From the NCBI GenBank assembly GCA_009692935.1, contig SHYE01000003.1:1-37325 (forward strand): a DNA stretch of 37,325 bases, given 5' to 3'. This DNA is from Dehalococcoidia bacterium (GTDB taxonomy: Bacteria > Chloroflexota > Dehalococcoidia > SHYD01). Made by a program: the position numbers and the translations under genes. The notes below the pieces were generated by a model that had not been told where the DNA came from, did not search any database, and saw only the letters and a list, made by a program, of their open reading frames with translations. Of the stretch, positions 18,243 to 27,915 are shown one piece after another. Position 1 is the first letter of the stretch; each line of letters opens with the position of its first letter.

Positions 18243-19943
18243 GTGGTCTTTGAGCACGATGTGCTAATTATTGGTGCTGGCTTGGCCGGCCTGCGCGCAG
18301 GCATTGAAGCCAAGCGCAAGGGTGTGGATGTCGCCATCCTCACCAAGGTGTACCCGGTGCGCAGTCACACCAACGCGGCGCAGGGCGGCATCAACGCCTC
18401 GCTCGACGAGGGCGACTCCTGGGAGTCGCACGCCTACGACACGGTGAAGGGCAGCGACTACCTGGGTGACCAGGACGCGATCGAGATTCTGGCCCAAGAG
18501 GCGCCCAGCGACATCATCGAGCTGGAGCACATGGGCGTCATCTTCAACCGCGACGAAGAGGGCCGCCTGGGCACCCGCGCGTTTGGCGGCGCATCCCACG
18601 CCCGCACCTACTTCGTGGCCGACATCACCGGCCAGGCGTTGCTGCACGTGGGGTACGAGCAGAGCCTGAAGTACAAAATTCCGACCTACAACGAGTTCTT
18701 CGCCACCTCGCTCATCTACGAGGACGGAGCAGTCAAGGGCTGCGTCGCCATCGAGATGCGCACCGGCGAGTTGCATGTGTTCAAGGCCAAGGCCGTGATC
18801 ATAGCCAGCGGCGGGGTGGGCCGGGCCTTCGAGCCCAGCACCAACGCCTTGATCTGTACCGGCGACGGCATGGCGCTGGCCTACCGGGTCGGCGCACCGC
18901 TGATGGACATGGAGATGGTGCAGTACCATCCCACCACGCTGCCCTCCAACGGCGCGCTGCTGACCGAGGGCGCCCGCGGCGAGGGCGCGTACCTGGTCAA
19001 CAGCAATGGCGACCGGTTCATGAGCACCTACGCTCCGAACATGCTGGAGCTGGCAAGCCGCGACGTGGTGTCCCGCTCGGAGCAGACCGAGATCAACGCT
19101 GGGCGCGGCATCGACGGCTGCGTCATGCTCGACTGCCGCCATCTGGGCGCAGACCTAATTCACAGCAAGCTACGGCAGATTTGGGAGCTGGCCCGGGATT
19201 TTTCGGGCGTCGACCTAGTGACCGAGCCCTGCCCCGTCCGGCCGGGCATGCACTACATCATGGGCGGCATCAAGGCCAACTTCAACGGGCAGGTGAAGTG
19301 GGGCGAGAGCGCCGGCCAGAGCGTGCCGGGGCTGTACGCCATCGGCGAGACGTCGTGCATCAGCATTCACGGCGGCAACCGCCTTGGCGCCAACTCGCTG
19401 CTTGAACTGGTGGTGTTCGGCCGCCGTTCGGGCCTGCACGCCGCTGAGTACGCGATGACCCAGAAGCACGCCAATGTCGGCGAAAGCCGGGCCGAAATCG
19501 ACCGCAAGAAGATTACCGCGCTGCTGGAACGCCCGCAGGCCAGCGACATGGTGGGCAAGCTCCGCATGGAGTTGGGCGACACCATGAACCAGCACGTGGC
19601 CGTATTCCGCGACGAAGCGGGTCTGAAAACCGCCGTGGCCAAGGTGAAGGAACTGAAGCAGCGCTACCAGGGCATCGGTCTGCAGAACAAGGGCAAGGTG
19701 TTCAACACCAACCTGCTCTCGGCTCTGGAGCTGGAGAACATGCTGGATGTGGCCGAAGTCATCACCGAGAGCGCACTCTACCGCAAGGAGAGCCGCGGCG
19801 CCCAGTTCCGCACCGACTACCCCGAGCGTAACGACGCTGAGTGGTTGAAGCACACGCTGGCGTTCCAGACCGACAGCGGCCCCCGGCTCGATGCGCTGGA
19901 AGTCACCATCACCAAGTGGCAGCCGCAGAAGCGAACCTACTAG
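18243..19943 (+). CDS. sdhA: Succinate dehydrogenase/fumarate reductase flavoprotein
   Basis: IIGAGLAG, RSHTNAAQGG (FAD His), QYHPT, TEGARGEG, ELASRDVV, HYIMGG, HGGNRLGANSL, ESRGA. GTG start after AGGGGG. Confidence 0.96.
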   Translation: MVFEHDVLIIGAGLAGLRAGIEAKRKGVDVAILTKVYPVRSHTNAAQGGINASLDEGDSWESHAYDTVKGSDYLGDQDAIEILAQEAPSDIIELEHMGVIFNRDEEGRLGTRAFGGASHARTYFVADITGQALLHVGYEQSLKYKIPTYNEFFATSLIYEDGAVKGCVAIEMRTGELHVFKAKAVIIASGGVGRAFEPSTNALICTGDGMALAYRVGAPLMDMEMVQYHPTTLPSNGALLTEGARGEGAYLVNSNGDRFMSTYAPNMLELASRDVVSRSEQTEINAGRGIDGCVMLDCRHLGADLIHSKLRQIWELARDFSGVDLVTEPCPVRPGMHYIMGGIKANFNGQVKWGESAGQSVPGLYAIGETSCISIHGGNRLGANSLLELVVFGRRSGLHAAEYAMTQKHANVGESRAEIDRKKITALLERPQASDMVGKLRMELGDTMNQHVAVFRDEAGLKTAVAKVKELKQRYQGIGLQNKGKVFNTNLLSALELENMLDVAEVITESALYRKESRGAQFRTDYPERNDAEWLKHTLAFQTDSGPRLDALEVTITKWQPQKRTY

Positions 19944-19996
19944 ACTATAGAAGCCGAGGGTAGTGGCAGGTAGCATTCATTGCGGAGGGGGTCACA

Positions 19997-20188
19997 ATGA
20001 CGACGATTGAAATCGATGATGACATGGTGCAGATCGTCTAGGACAACGCCAGTAGGCTGAATGGGGATCCAAAGGAGTTCTTGAGGAAGGCTATCGCGGC
20101 CTATCTCTATTTTCTTGAACAACAGAACCAGGGTTCGAAGATATTGGTCCAACAATCAAACAGCCAATATAAGCAGGTAGGGCTTTAG
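19997..20188 (+). pseudogene. Ribbon-helix-helix (CopG-like) protein with an in-frame TAG at 20039-20041
   Basis: GGAGG RBS; MTTIEIDDDMVQIV*DNASRLNGDPKEFLRKAIAAYLYFLEQQNQGSKILV..; lower GC than flanks. Confidence 0.6.
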
Positions 20189-20190
20189 TC

Positions 20191-20469
20191 ATGGCCGAGT
20201 CCATGACATCGGGCCTGCAAGCGAAGGACCTTCCCGTTGTTACGACCTACGACCCTATGCCAGCTCGCGAGGAAGCACGGCGCCGCATCGCATACTCGCT
20301 AATGGGTCTCCTATACCTGACGTTTCTCGGGACATCTGTGCTGATTGTTCGGTTCAAGCTAGCCCCAGAGACCATCAGAGAGATGTTCACGGCCCTCGTT
20401 GGGCTCACTGGGACGATGCTAGGTTTCTATTTCGGCGGACAAGCCACCCAGCAGCGGCCACCTGGCTGA
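20191..20469 (+). CDS. Small two-TM membrane protein
   Basis: EEARRRIAYSLMGLL..LVGLTGTMLGFYFG; starts 2 nt after the RHH gene. Confidence 0.65.
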   Translation: MAESMTSGLQAKDLPVVTTYDPMPAREEARRRIAYSLMGLLYLTFLGTSVLIVRFKLAPETIREMFTALVGLTGTMLGFYFGGQATQQRPPG

Positions 20470-20528
20470 ACGATGAGACGAGAAGATTTGCACTGGGCGG
20501 AACGCTAAGCGAAAGAGGAGCATCCACT

Positions 20529-21482
20529 ATGGAAGCGAAGGTGCGGGTAGCCCGCTATGACCCCGATGGTAACCGTGACCATCATTTCGACGAATACACC
20601 GTCCAGTTGGCCGAGAACGCCATGGTGCTGGACGCGCTGATCGACATCCGCGAGAACGTGGACGAGACGCTGTCGGTCCGCTGTTCCTGCCGCAGCGCCA
20701 TCTGCGGGTCGTGCGCCATGCGCGTCAACGGCAAGGCCACCCTGGTCTGCAACACGCCCATGAGCCGGGTGGCCCCCAACGGCGAGCAGATCACCGTGGA
20801 GCCGATGGGCAACATGCCGGTCCTTAAGGATCTGGTGGTCGACCTTGAGGTGTTCTGGAACAAGGTGAAGGCGATCACCCCGTGGATTCAGCCCGAAGGC
20901 CCCAAGCCCGAGCGCGAATACATTGTGGCCGACGAGCACATGCAGAACTTGATCAACACCGTGCAGTGCATTCTATGCGGCGCCTGCGTGTCCGACTGCA
21001 CCGTGCTTGAAGTCGACCCCAGCTTCATGGGCCCGGCGGCGCTGGCCAAGGCCTATCGGTTCGCCGCCGACCCTCGGGACGGCCACAAGCAGGAGCGCTT
21101 GGAGCTTTATAGCCAGGCCAGCGGCATGTGGGACTGCACCCACTGCTTCCAGTGCGTCGAAGTATGCCCCAAGGGGGTGGCGCCCATGGACTGGATTCTG
21201 GAGTTGCGGCGCGAGGCCGAGGCCGCCGGTCTAAAGGACCACAACGGTGTGCGCCACAGCGAAAGCCTTGCGCACAGCGTGAAGGAAAGCGGCTGGCTCG
21301 ACGAAGCCAAGCTGGCCATGGACTCCTACGGCAAGTTCAGCGACAAGCTGAAGTTGGTGCCGGTGGGTGTCCGGACGATTCTCAAAGGTAAGATGCCCAA
21401 GACCGGCCCCTTTCACCACAAGCGCCCAGGCGCAGAGCATGTCACGCGGATATTCGAGGAACTGGAGGGTAAGCATTCGTGA
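20529..21482 (+). CDS. sdhB: Succinate dehydrogenase iron-sulfur subunit
   Basis: SCRSAICGSCAM..C; CILCGACVSDC; CTHCFQCVEVCP. Confidence 0.95.
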   Translation: MEAKVRVARYDPDGNRDHHFDEYTVQLAENAMVLDALIDIRENVDETLSVRCSCRSAICGSCAMRVNGKATLVCNTPMSRVAPNGEQITVEPMGNMPVLKDLVVDLEVFWNKVKAITPWIQPEGPKPEREYIVADEHMQNLINTVQCILCGACVSDCTVLEVDPSFMGPAALAKAYRFAADPRDGHKQERLELYSQASGMWDCTHCFQCVEVCPKGVAPMDWILELRREAEAAGLKDHNGVRHSESLAHSVKESGWLDEAKLAMDSYGKFSDKLKLVPVGVRTILKGKMPKTGPFHHKRPGAEHVTRIFEELEGKHS

Positions 21483-22366
21483 AGTACGCCTTCTACCCCG
21501 GTTGCGTAGCTAAGGGAGGCGCGCCGGAACTCTATGACTCTACCCTTGCGGTGGCGGCGGCTATAGGCCTGGAGCTGGTTGAGCTGACCGGTGCCGCCTG
21601 CACCGGCGCCGGCGTCCTCAGCGAGCGCAACCCCGAGCTTGCCGACACCTTGAACGCCCGCACGCTGGCGATGGCGGAAAAAGAGGGCCTGCCCCTCATG
21701 AACATCTGCTCCACCTGTCACGGCGTGTTCAGCCAAGCCAACGCCCGACTGAAGAAGGACCCGGAGTATCGGGCCCGCGTCAACCAGCACCTAGCCCCCG
21801 AGGGCCTGCAGTACAGCGGCACCACTGAAGTGAAGCACATGCTGTGGGTGCTGATGGAGGATGTGGGGCCCGAGAAGCTGAAGAGCCTGGTGACCAACCC
21901 GCTGGGCGACCTGAAGGCTGCCCCCTTCTACGGCTGCTACATCGTGCGGCCAAGCTGGGTGCTGGGCTACGACATCAAGCCTGAGCGCAAGCACTACCTG
22001 GAGGACCTGATCGCCATCCTCGGCGCCGAGCCGGTGGAGTATCAGGGCGCCACCAAGTGCTGCGGCTTCCCCATTCTGACCATGAACCGCACCAACTCGC
22101 TGACCATGACCGGCACCCACGTGTCGGAGGCGACCGAGAAAGGCGCCGACTGTATGGTGACGCCGTGCCCGCTATGCCACCTAAACCTGGACGGCGGGCA
22201 AGTAGAGGCAGCCGGTGTGGTGAAGAAGCACCTAGCGCTCCCAGTCCTGCACCTCCCGCAGATGGTGGGCCTGGCCCTCGGGATCCCGCGCGATAAGCTG
22301 GGACTTCGCAAGAACCTGGTGGACACCGGCCCGGTGCTAGAGAAGGTGCTGGGCGTTAACCGGTAG
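21479..22366 (+). CDS. CCG-domain (HdrB-like) subunit, type-E SDH anchor
   Basis: YAFYPGC, CTGAG, CSTC, FYGCYI.RP, CCG, TPCPLCHLNLD; overlaps the sdhB stop. Confidence 0.9.
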   Translation: MKYAFYPGCVAKGGAPELYDSTLAVAAAIGLELVELTGAACTGAGVLSERNPELADTLNARTLAMAEKEGLPLMNICSTCHGVFSQANARLKKDPEYRARVNQHLAPEGLQYSGTTEVKHMLWVLMEDVGPEKLKSLVTNPLGDLKAAPFYGCYIVRPSWVLGYDIKPERKHYLEDLIAILGAEPVEYQGATKCCGFPILTMNRTNSLTMTGTHVSEATEKGADCMVTPCPLCHLNLDGGQVEAAGVVKKHLALPVLHLPQMVGLALGIPRDKLGLRKNLVDTGPVLEKVLGVNR

Positions 22367-22389
22367 ATCAGTCGAACGGACTTCTGAGT

Positions 22390-22413
22390 GTGGGGCGTGG
22401 ATTCACGCCCCAC
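22390..22413 (+). terminator. Perfect 10-bp hairpin after the sdh operon
   Basis: gtggggcgtg-gatt-cacgccccac; no strong U-tract. Confidence 0.5.
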
Positions 22414-22469
22414 GCTGCGTTCAGCGGGGCACCTCCCCAGCCGCGCAGGTGTTGAGTGTGAGCAGGACG

Positions 22470-22557
22470 GAGGATACTTCCTTACGACAGCATGGCAGGC
22501 GGCGGATCTTGTGTCAGCACACCGCAGCATGTCATGCTGAGGCACGAAGCATCCTCT
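22470..22557. repeat. REP-like inverted pair
   Basis: gaggatacttc..cagcatggca pairs with tgtcatgctgaggcacgaagcatcctc. Confidence 0.55.
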
Positions 22558-22621
22558 GTCCTGTGCAGGCTGTAGTAACCCGCGGCCCGGGTACACTGCC
22601 GCCCACCGCTGCCTGAATCCT

Positions 22622-22936
22622 ATGCCCAACGCATCCCCCAGCCCCATGTACGTCGGCATCGGCCGGATCGCGCTGCGCATGCCCCAGAACGGCTCGCTCA
22701 AAGACAAGCGCCAGATCATCCGGTCGGTGATGCAACGGACTCGCAACCAGTTCGCGGTGGCCATCGCCGAGGTGGGCGGGCAGGACACCTGGAGCTTCGC
22801 CGAGCTTGGCCTCAGCTACGTCAGCAAGGACGCCCGCCACGCCGAGGAGGTCATCGCCAAGGCCATTCGCTCGATCGAGGAGGCCCGGCTGGACGCCGAG
22901 GTGGTGGACACGCTGATTCAGGTCGAGCAGTACTGA
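22622..22936 (+). CDS. DUF503 (YlxP-like) protein
   Basis: SLKDKRQIIRS..RNQFAVAIAEVGGQDTW. Confidence 0.88.
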   Translation: MPNASPSPMYVGIGRIALRMPQNGSLKDKRQIIRSVMQRTRNQFAVAIAEVGGQDTWSFAELGLSYVSKDARHAEEVIAKAIRSIEEARLDAEVVDTLIQVEQY

Positions 22937-22983
22937 GGTGTGGTCCAGCACCGCTATCTGCGCGTTAGGTTAGGTGCACGACC

Positions 22984-24231
22984 GTGCCGATCCCACCGCG
23001 TACCTTCGCCTCCTTCGCGCACCGCGACTACCGGCTGCTGTGGCTCACCATTTGCGGCACCTCCACCAATCAGTGGATGGAGCAGGTGCTGCTGGGCTGG
23101 CTGGCGTATGACCTGACCGGCAACCCGCTGGCGCTCAGCGGCCTGAGCCTCGCCGGGGCAATCCCCACGCTAGTTCTCGGCCCACTGGGTGGTCTGGCCG
23201 CCGACCGCATGCATCGGCCGCGGCTGTTGTTGGCATCCCATGCGGTGTCGCTGGCCGCGGTGGCCGTGCTGCTGGCGGCAAGCACAGCAGGTGGACTGAC
23301 CATTGTGCAGCTGTACGCGTTTGCGGCGGTGTCGGGCGGCGTGTGGGCCTTCAGCCAGCCGGTGCGGCAGGCGTTGCTGCCAGCGCTGGTGCCTGCCGAC
23401 CGGCTGAGCAACGCGGTGGCGCTGCAGTCGGCCGGCTTCCAGTTCACCCGCATGGTGGCGCCGGGAGTGGCGGGCGTGCTGCTGGCCGGCTTCGGCCCCA
23501 CGGTGATCCTCTCCCTTGAGGTGCTGCTGGCGGCCCTGGTGATGCTGGCAGCCGGAAGTATTCGAACCCAGCAACCACCTGAGCCCAGCCAGCGTGAGTC
23601 GATCCTCACCAGCCACAGCAGCGCAATTGCTTATCTCCGCGGTAACCCGCCACTGCTCGCGGTCATCCTTATCGGCTTCGTCCCGACGCTCACCGCCACG
23701 CCCTACCAGACGTTGCTGCCGGTCTTCGCCCGCGAGGTGCTGCAGGTGGGTCCCGAAGGGTACGGCGTGCTGGCGTCGATGTCGGGCTGGGGCGCGGCCG
23801 CGGTGACGTTGACCGTAGCTACCGTGGCCGAGATTCGAGGGAAAGGGCGATTGATCGCCTTGGCGGGCATGGCGCAGGGCGTGGTGCTGCTGGTGCTGGC
23901 ACTCTCGGCCTGGCTGCCCGCCCAGCCCATGCTGGGGTTCATATCCCCGGCCTATCTCGCATCGGCGTTCACACTGGCCGTGATGGGTGCCTGCGTGATG
24001 ACCTTCAACACGCTGAGCACGGCGCTGGTGCAACACCTGTGCAACGACCATATGCGGGGGCGGGTAATGAGCCTGTTCTTGCTCGATATCGGCATCGCGC
24101 CGCTGGGCAATGCCTGGACAGGGCTCCTGGCGAGCGTCCCGCTGTTAGGAGTGCCGGTCACCTATGCGGCCATGGGCGTGGTGACGCTGGTAGGCATGTT
24201 GCCGGGCCGGGGCGCCATCCGGCGGCTCTGA
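22984..24231 (+). CDS. MFS transporter
   Basis: FASFAHRDYRLLW, GGLAADRMHR, MRGRVMS; about 12 hydrophobic segments. Confidence 0.92.
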   Translation: MPIPPRTFASFAHRDYRLLWLTICGTSTNQWMEQVLLGWLAYDLTGNPLALSGLSLAGAIPTLVLGPLGGLAADRMHRPRLLLASHAVSLAAVAVLLAASTAGGLTIVQLYAFAAVSGGVWAFSQPVRQALLPALVPADRLSNAVALQSAGFQFTRMVAPGVAGVLLAGFGPTVILSLEVLLAALVMLAAGSIRTQQPPEPSQRESILTSHSSAIAYLRGNPPLLAVILIGFVPTLTATPYQTLLPVFAREVLQVGPEGYGVLASMSGWGAAAVTLTVATVAEIRGKGRLIALAGMAQGVVLLVLALSAWLPAQPMLGFISPAYLASAFTLAVMGACVMTFNTLSTALVQHLCNDHMRGRVMSLFLLDIGIAPLGNAWTGLLASVPLLGVPVTYAAMGVVTLVGMLPGRGAIRRL

Positions 24232-24296
24232 GGCGAGGCAACCGGTGGCAATATGGGAGCTTTCCACGGCCCATGTTGCCACCGGTTCCTGCGTAG

Positions 24297-25247
24297 CTAG
24301 GAAGCCCCACCCGACACGGCAACCGGCGGCTTGGCCCGCCCTCGGCGCCAGCTCGCTGCGGCACCCAAGCCGGCAATACCCAGCAGCAGCACCCACCACG
24401 ACATCACGGTCACTCGCAGGCCGGCGTCGAGCACACGTACCAGCGCCTGGGTCGAGGTTTCCCACGACTCTTGGATGCTGCGGAGCGGGTCCCAGCCTTT
24501 GGGGCTCTCGGGCTTGCCGGGGATGACTGGGGACAACGAGATGGTGACAGTGGCCATGTCAGACGTGCGCTGCAGCACGTTGATGCGGCCCTTCAGCCGT
24601 TCGATCTGGCCACGCACCTGGCTGAGCTGGTTCTGCACCTTCAGGATCTCGTCGACTGTCTTGGCCTGGATCATCAGCGCTTGGAGCTGTGCTTCACTCG
24701 CCTCCAAGTTCTTGGCCTGGGCACCCAGGTCGGCGAACTCCTCCGTCACGTCACGGGTGGAGCCATTCTCGGCGGTGACCTTCACACCCAGCTTGCGGAG
24801 CTGATCCATGGCCTGGTTGTAGGCCTTAGCTGGCACACGGATCACCATGGTGGCGAAGTCTTTGTCGCCCTGCGCCCTGAGCGTGTTTTGCGAAACGTAG
24901 CCGCCGAGCCCCTCCGCCAAGCCGGTCACCGCCGCCACCGAACCCGTTACGGAGTCTACGTCGAGGCTGATCTGGGTGGTGTACATGATCATCCGGTCAT
25001 CGGTTGGGGCGGGAGCTGCAGCGCTATCACCACCCTTGGCGGGTACTCCTGACGGGGTTCCTTGGGAAAGCAGGGGGGCCTGCGCTGCGCGATCGCGTTC
25101 GACTGCAGAGGTGACCCCGTCCTGCAGAGAGCCGACTGGCCCGCCCGGTTCGCCGCCGATGCTCGGTGATGCGGCAGAACAGGCTGCGCTCAGCATTATG
25201 GCCGCAACAACCATGAACCTCCCTAATCGACGGACGCTGGTATGCAT
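24297..25247 (-). CDS. DUF4349 domain lipoprotein
   Basis: Lipobox SAAC; RMIMYT..GGYVS..IRVPA..DVTEEFADL..L.QVRGQIERLKG. Confidence 0.85.
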   Translation of the reverse strand: MHTSVRRLGRFMVVAAIMLSAACSAASPSIGGEPGGPVGSLQDGVTSAVERDRAAQAPLLSQGTPSGVPAKGGDSAAAPAPTDDRMIMYTTQISLDVDSVTGSVAAVTGLAEGLGGYVSQNTLRAQGDKDFATMVIRVPAKAYNQAMDQLRKLGVKVTAENGSTRDVTEEFADLGAQAKNLEASEAQLQALMIQAKTVDEILKVQNQLSQVRGQIERLKGRINVLQRTSDMATVTISLSPVIPGKPESPKGWDPLRSIQESWETSTQALVRVLDAGLRVTVMSWWVLLLGIAGLGAAASWRRGRAKPPVAVSGGAS

Positions 25248-25328
25248 ATCGTCCCTCCTGACGTATTGGCGAAACCCACGAGTCTCACCTTCTGCTAATA
25301 CCGATAAGCTATGCCAAAGGTTACGGCA

Positions 25329-26705
25329 TCAGGACGCCAAGGGCAGCGTGAGCAAACCGTCCAGCGACTGGAGGATAGCCCGCACTCGGTCGGCGTCCGG
25401 ACGGTCTGCGTTATACACCACCTGGACGAAACGCAGGCTGGTCTCGATGGCGCCCACAGCTTCGTGCGAGAGGTAGGAGGGCTGCGGAGCCTTGCCCCAG
25501 GGGACTATGGCGCCACCGTTGCTCAGGATCACTCCGGCGAAGTCAACCTCGAACTTCGCCGTGGGTGGGATATCGACCAGTACGTCAAAGTCGCGCAGCG
25601 GCGGTGCACCCTCCCCCAGCGCCGCGGTGACGCGCCGGGCAATCGCAGCTTCGTAGTCGCGCTTCCGGTCGCTGTCTCGGAGTTGCAGGTCAAGGTCCGG
25701 GAGTGATGAACAGGGTATGGTCACCGCACGTTTGTAGAGCCTCCGTTGTTCTGTCCTGCCCAGCAGTTCCAGCGAAGGTGGCGGTGGCACGCCGGCCTCT
25801 TGCAGCAACTCACCGAGGCGAACCTCGAGCGTCGCGTCGGTGGCTAGGCAGAGCCGCCGCAAGCGCGGCTCTTGCACCGAGAGCCGCGTAAACCCGAGAG
25901 CCCGCAGGCTGTCTGCCACCGCACGGTTGAACATCGCCGAAGCAATGCGGGCAGCATGATGCCAGTAGACATACCGGAACATAAGGTACTTGGCGAATAC
26001 CACACTCTCGACGGTGCCGACGCCGTCTTCGGTCATCACCAGCTGGCCGGAATCTGGATCAACGCGCAGCGACGCTATGAGCCGCTGCACCTCGACGCGT
26101 CCGTAGGGCACGCCAGCATGATGGGCATCGCGATTGAGATAGTCCAGCTTGTCCATGTCCATGTGGCTATCGACCAAGCTGTGCAGGAACGGGGGAAGGC
26201 GCGGGTCTGCTCGTCCCGAGAGCAACCCCGTCACCAGGGCAACGTCCACCCCCCAGTCGTTGGTCAACACCTGTTGCAGCTCTGCGTCACCCTCAATCAG
26301 CGAGACCGAAAGCTCTCCATGATGCAGCCGGGTGCCGTTGAACGAGATCTCCTCCATCAGGTGCGAGTAAGGGAAGTGCCCCAGGTCGTGCAACATGCCG
26401 GCCGCGAGCGTTGCCCGCACAGCCTCCGGATCGATAGCCGCCACCGCCGTGAGGTGCTGCAGGGCAAGCCGCACCAGGTGATAGACGCCAATGCTGTGGC
26501 TGAACCTGCTGTGGGTGGCGCCCGGGTACACCAAGTGGGCTGGGGGCACCTGTCGGATGTGCCCCAACCGTTGCATAAGTGGCGTGTCCAACGTGCGATA
26601 GGCCGCAGCCATCAGCGGCACGCTGCCATAAACAGCATCACGAATGCTGTAGGGGCCGGGCTCGAAGAGGTAGGGGTGCAGGGCGATGCCGCTTGGCTCA
26701 GTCAG
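25329..26705 (-). CDS. HD-domain phosphohydrolase (dNTP triphosphohydrolase-like), probable CTG start
   Basis: IRDAVYG, QRL.HIRQ, YPGATHSRFSHSIG, LHDLGHFPYSH, DMDKLDYLNRD, VYWHH. Confidence 0.88.
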   Translation of the reverse strand: MTEPSGIALHPYLFEPGPYSIRDAVYGSVPLMAAAYRTLDTPLMQRLGHIRQVPPAHLVYPGATHSRFSHSIGVYHLVRLALQHLTAVAAIDPEAVRATLAAGMLHDLGHFPYSHLMEEISFNGTRLHHGELSVSLIEGDAELQQVLTNDWGVDVALVTGLLSGRADPRLPPFLHSLVDSHMDMDKLDYLNRDAHHAGVPYGRVEVQRLIASLRVDPDSGQLVMTEDGVGTVESVVFAKYLMFRYVYWHHAARIASAMFNRAVADSLRALGFTRLSVQEPRLRRLCLATDATLEVRLGELLQEAGVPPPPSLELLGRTEQRRLYKRAVTIPCSSLPDLDLQLRDSDRKRDYEAAIARRVTAALGEGAPPLRDFDVLVDIPPTAKFEVDFAGVILSNGGAIVPWGKAPQPSYLSHEAVGAIETSLRFVQVVYNADRPDADRVRAILQSLDGLLTLPLAS

Positions 26706-26785
26706 TGCCTTCTCCTTGAATCACGCAGTGGACCTTGACTTCATTGTATCGCCAGGGGCAGGCCCTCTCCGTGTAGACTGGGAAC

Positions 26786-27448
26786 ATGCGCCTGTTTTTG
26801 ATCCGCCACGGGGAAACCGACTGGAACGTCGAGGCGCGTATTCAAGGCGTGGCGGATATCCCACTGAACGAGCGCGGCCGGCGCCAAGCCGAATTACTGG
26901 GCGAGGCACTCGCGCGTGAACCCATTTCGGCTGTGTTCGCCAGCCCGCTGCAGCGTGCCCAGCACACCGCCGCATGCGTCGCGCTGCCCCATCGACTGGC
27001 CGTGCGCACCCACCCGGGGCTGGCCGAGCTGGATCAGGGCGTGCTGGAAGGGCTATTGGCTAAGGATTTGCGGGAGCACCCCGCAGGCATTGTGCAGGCG
27101 TGGGAGGCCGGCAACATGGCTGTTGTCATCCCAGGTGGCGAGTCGATGGAAGCGCTGCAGCAACGTGCGTGGTCGGCCATTGAGGCCATTCGCGATCAGG
27201 CTGGTCCGGACGGCGTGGTGGCCGTGGTCTCTCACAACCTCACCACCAAAGCCATCATCTGCTCGGCGCTGGGACTCCCGCTCATTACCTACCGCCGGCT
27301 GCGTAAAGACAACGGCTCGGTGAGCGTCCTGGAGTTTCAGGCTACCCATAACGTGCTGATGCGCCTGAACGACGTCTCCCACTACGCCACGCTTGATGCA
27401 CTCGGCACGACGAATGCCCCGCCAAGTGCACCGGCCAAGCGAGGGTAG
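26786..27448 (+). CDS. Histidine phosphatase family protein
   Basis: LIRHGETDWN, SPLQRA, GGES, VVSH. Confidence 0.92.
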   Translation: MRLFLIRHGETDWNVEARIQGVADIPLNERGRRQAELLGEALAREPISAVFASPLQRAQHTAACVALPHRLAVRTHPGLAELDQGVLEGLLAKDLREHPAGIVQAWEAGNMAVVIPGGESMEALQQRAWSAIEAIRDQAGPDGVVAVVSHNLTTKAIICSALGLPLITYRRLRKDNGSVSVLEFQATHNVLMRLNDVSHYATLDALGTTNAPPSAPAKRG

Positions 27449-27489
27449 CGTAACAAGCGATTAGCCACCGCGTTACCGATTGCAGAGCG

Positions 27490-27900
27490 ATGAACTTCTT
27501 CCCCCGTATCTCCTTCCCAACCCCTTTTGGCCCATCGACACGAGCGATCGTGACCCTGGCGAGCGCCGCTATCGTGGTGTTCTACACCTTCGCCGTCGGC
27601 CAACGGGCCATCCATACGCTTGAGCTGCAGCAGGAGGCCGCGACGCTGGAGCGTCAAAGCACCGCACTCAAGCTGCGGGGCCTTGAGCTGGCCGCAGAAC
27701 GTCAGCGCCTGCTGGACGGTACCGACGTGGAGACCATTGCCCGCCGTGAGCTGAACTACATCAAGCAAGGTGAGGCCGCAGTGGTGGTTCTACCCACGGC
27801 CGCAGCCATCGAGCGTGCTCGCCTGGCGGCCGAACCCCCCCAGCGCCCAGCCGAGCGGTCCCTCTGGGAATCGCTCTTGAAGGTGCTCACCGGCGGGTAA
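27490..27900 (+). CDS. Septum formation initiator (DivIC/FtsB-like)
   Basis: One TM segment, coiled coil, ETIARRELNYIKQGE. Confidence 0.8.
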   Translation: MNFFPRISFPTPFGPSTRAIVTLASAAIVVFYTFAVGQRAIHTLELQQEAATLERQSTALKLRGLELAAERQRLLDGTDVETIARRELNYIKQGEAAVVVLPTAAAIERARLAAEPPQRPAERSLWESLLKVLTGG

Positions 27901-27915
27901 GCGCTGGCTTCCACC

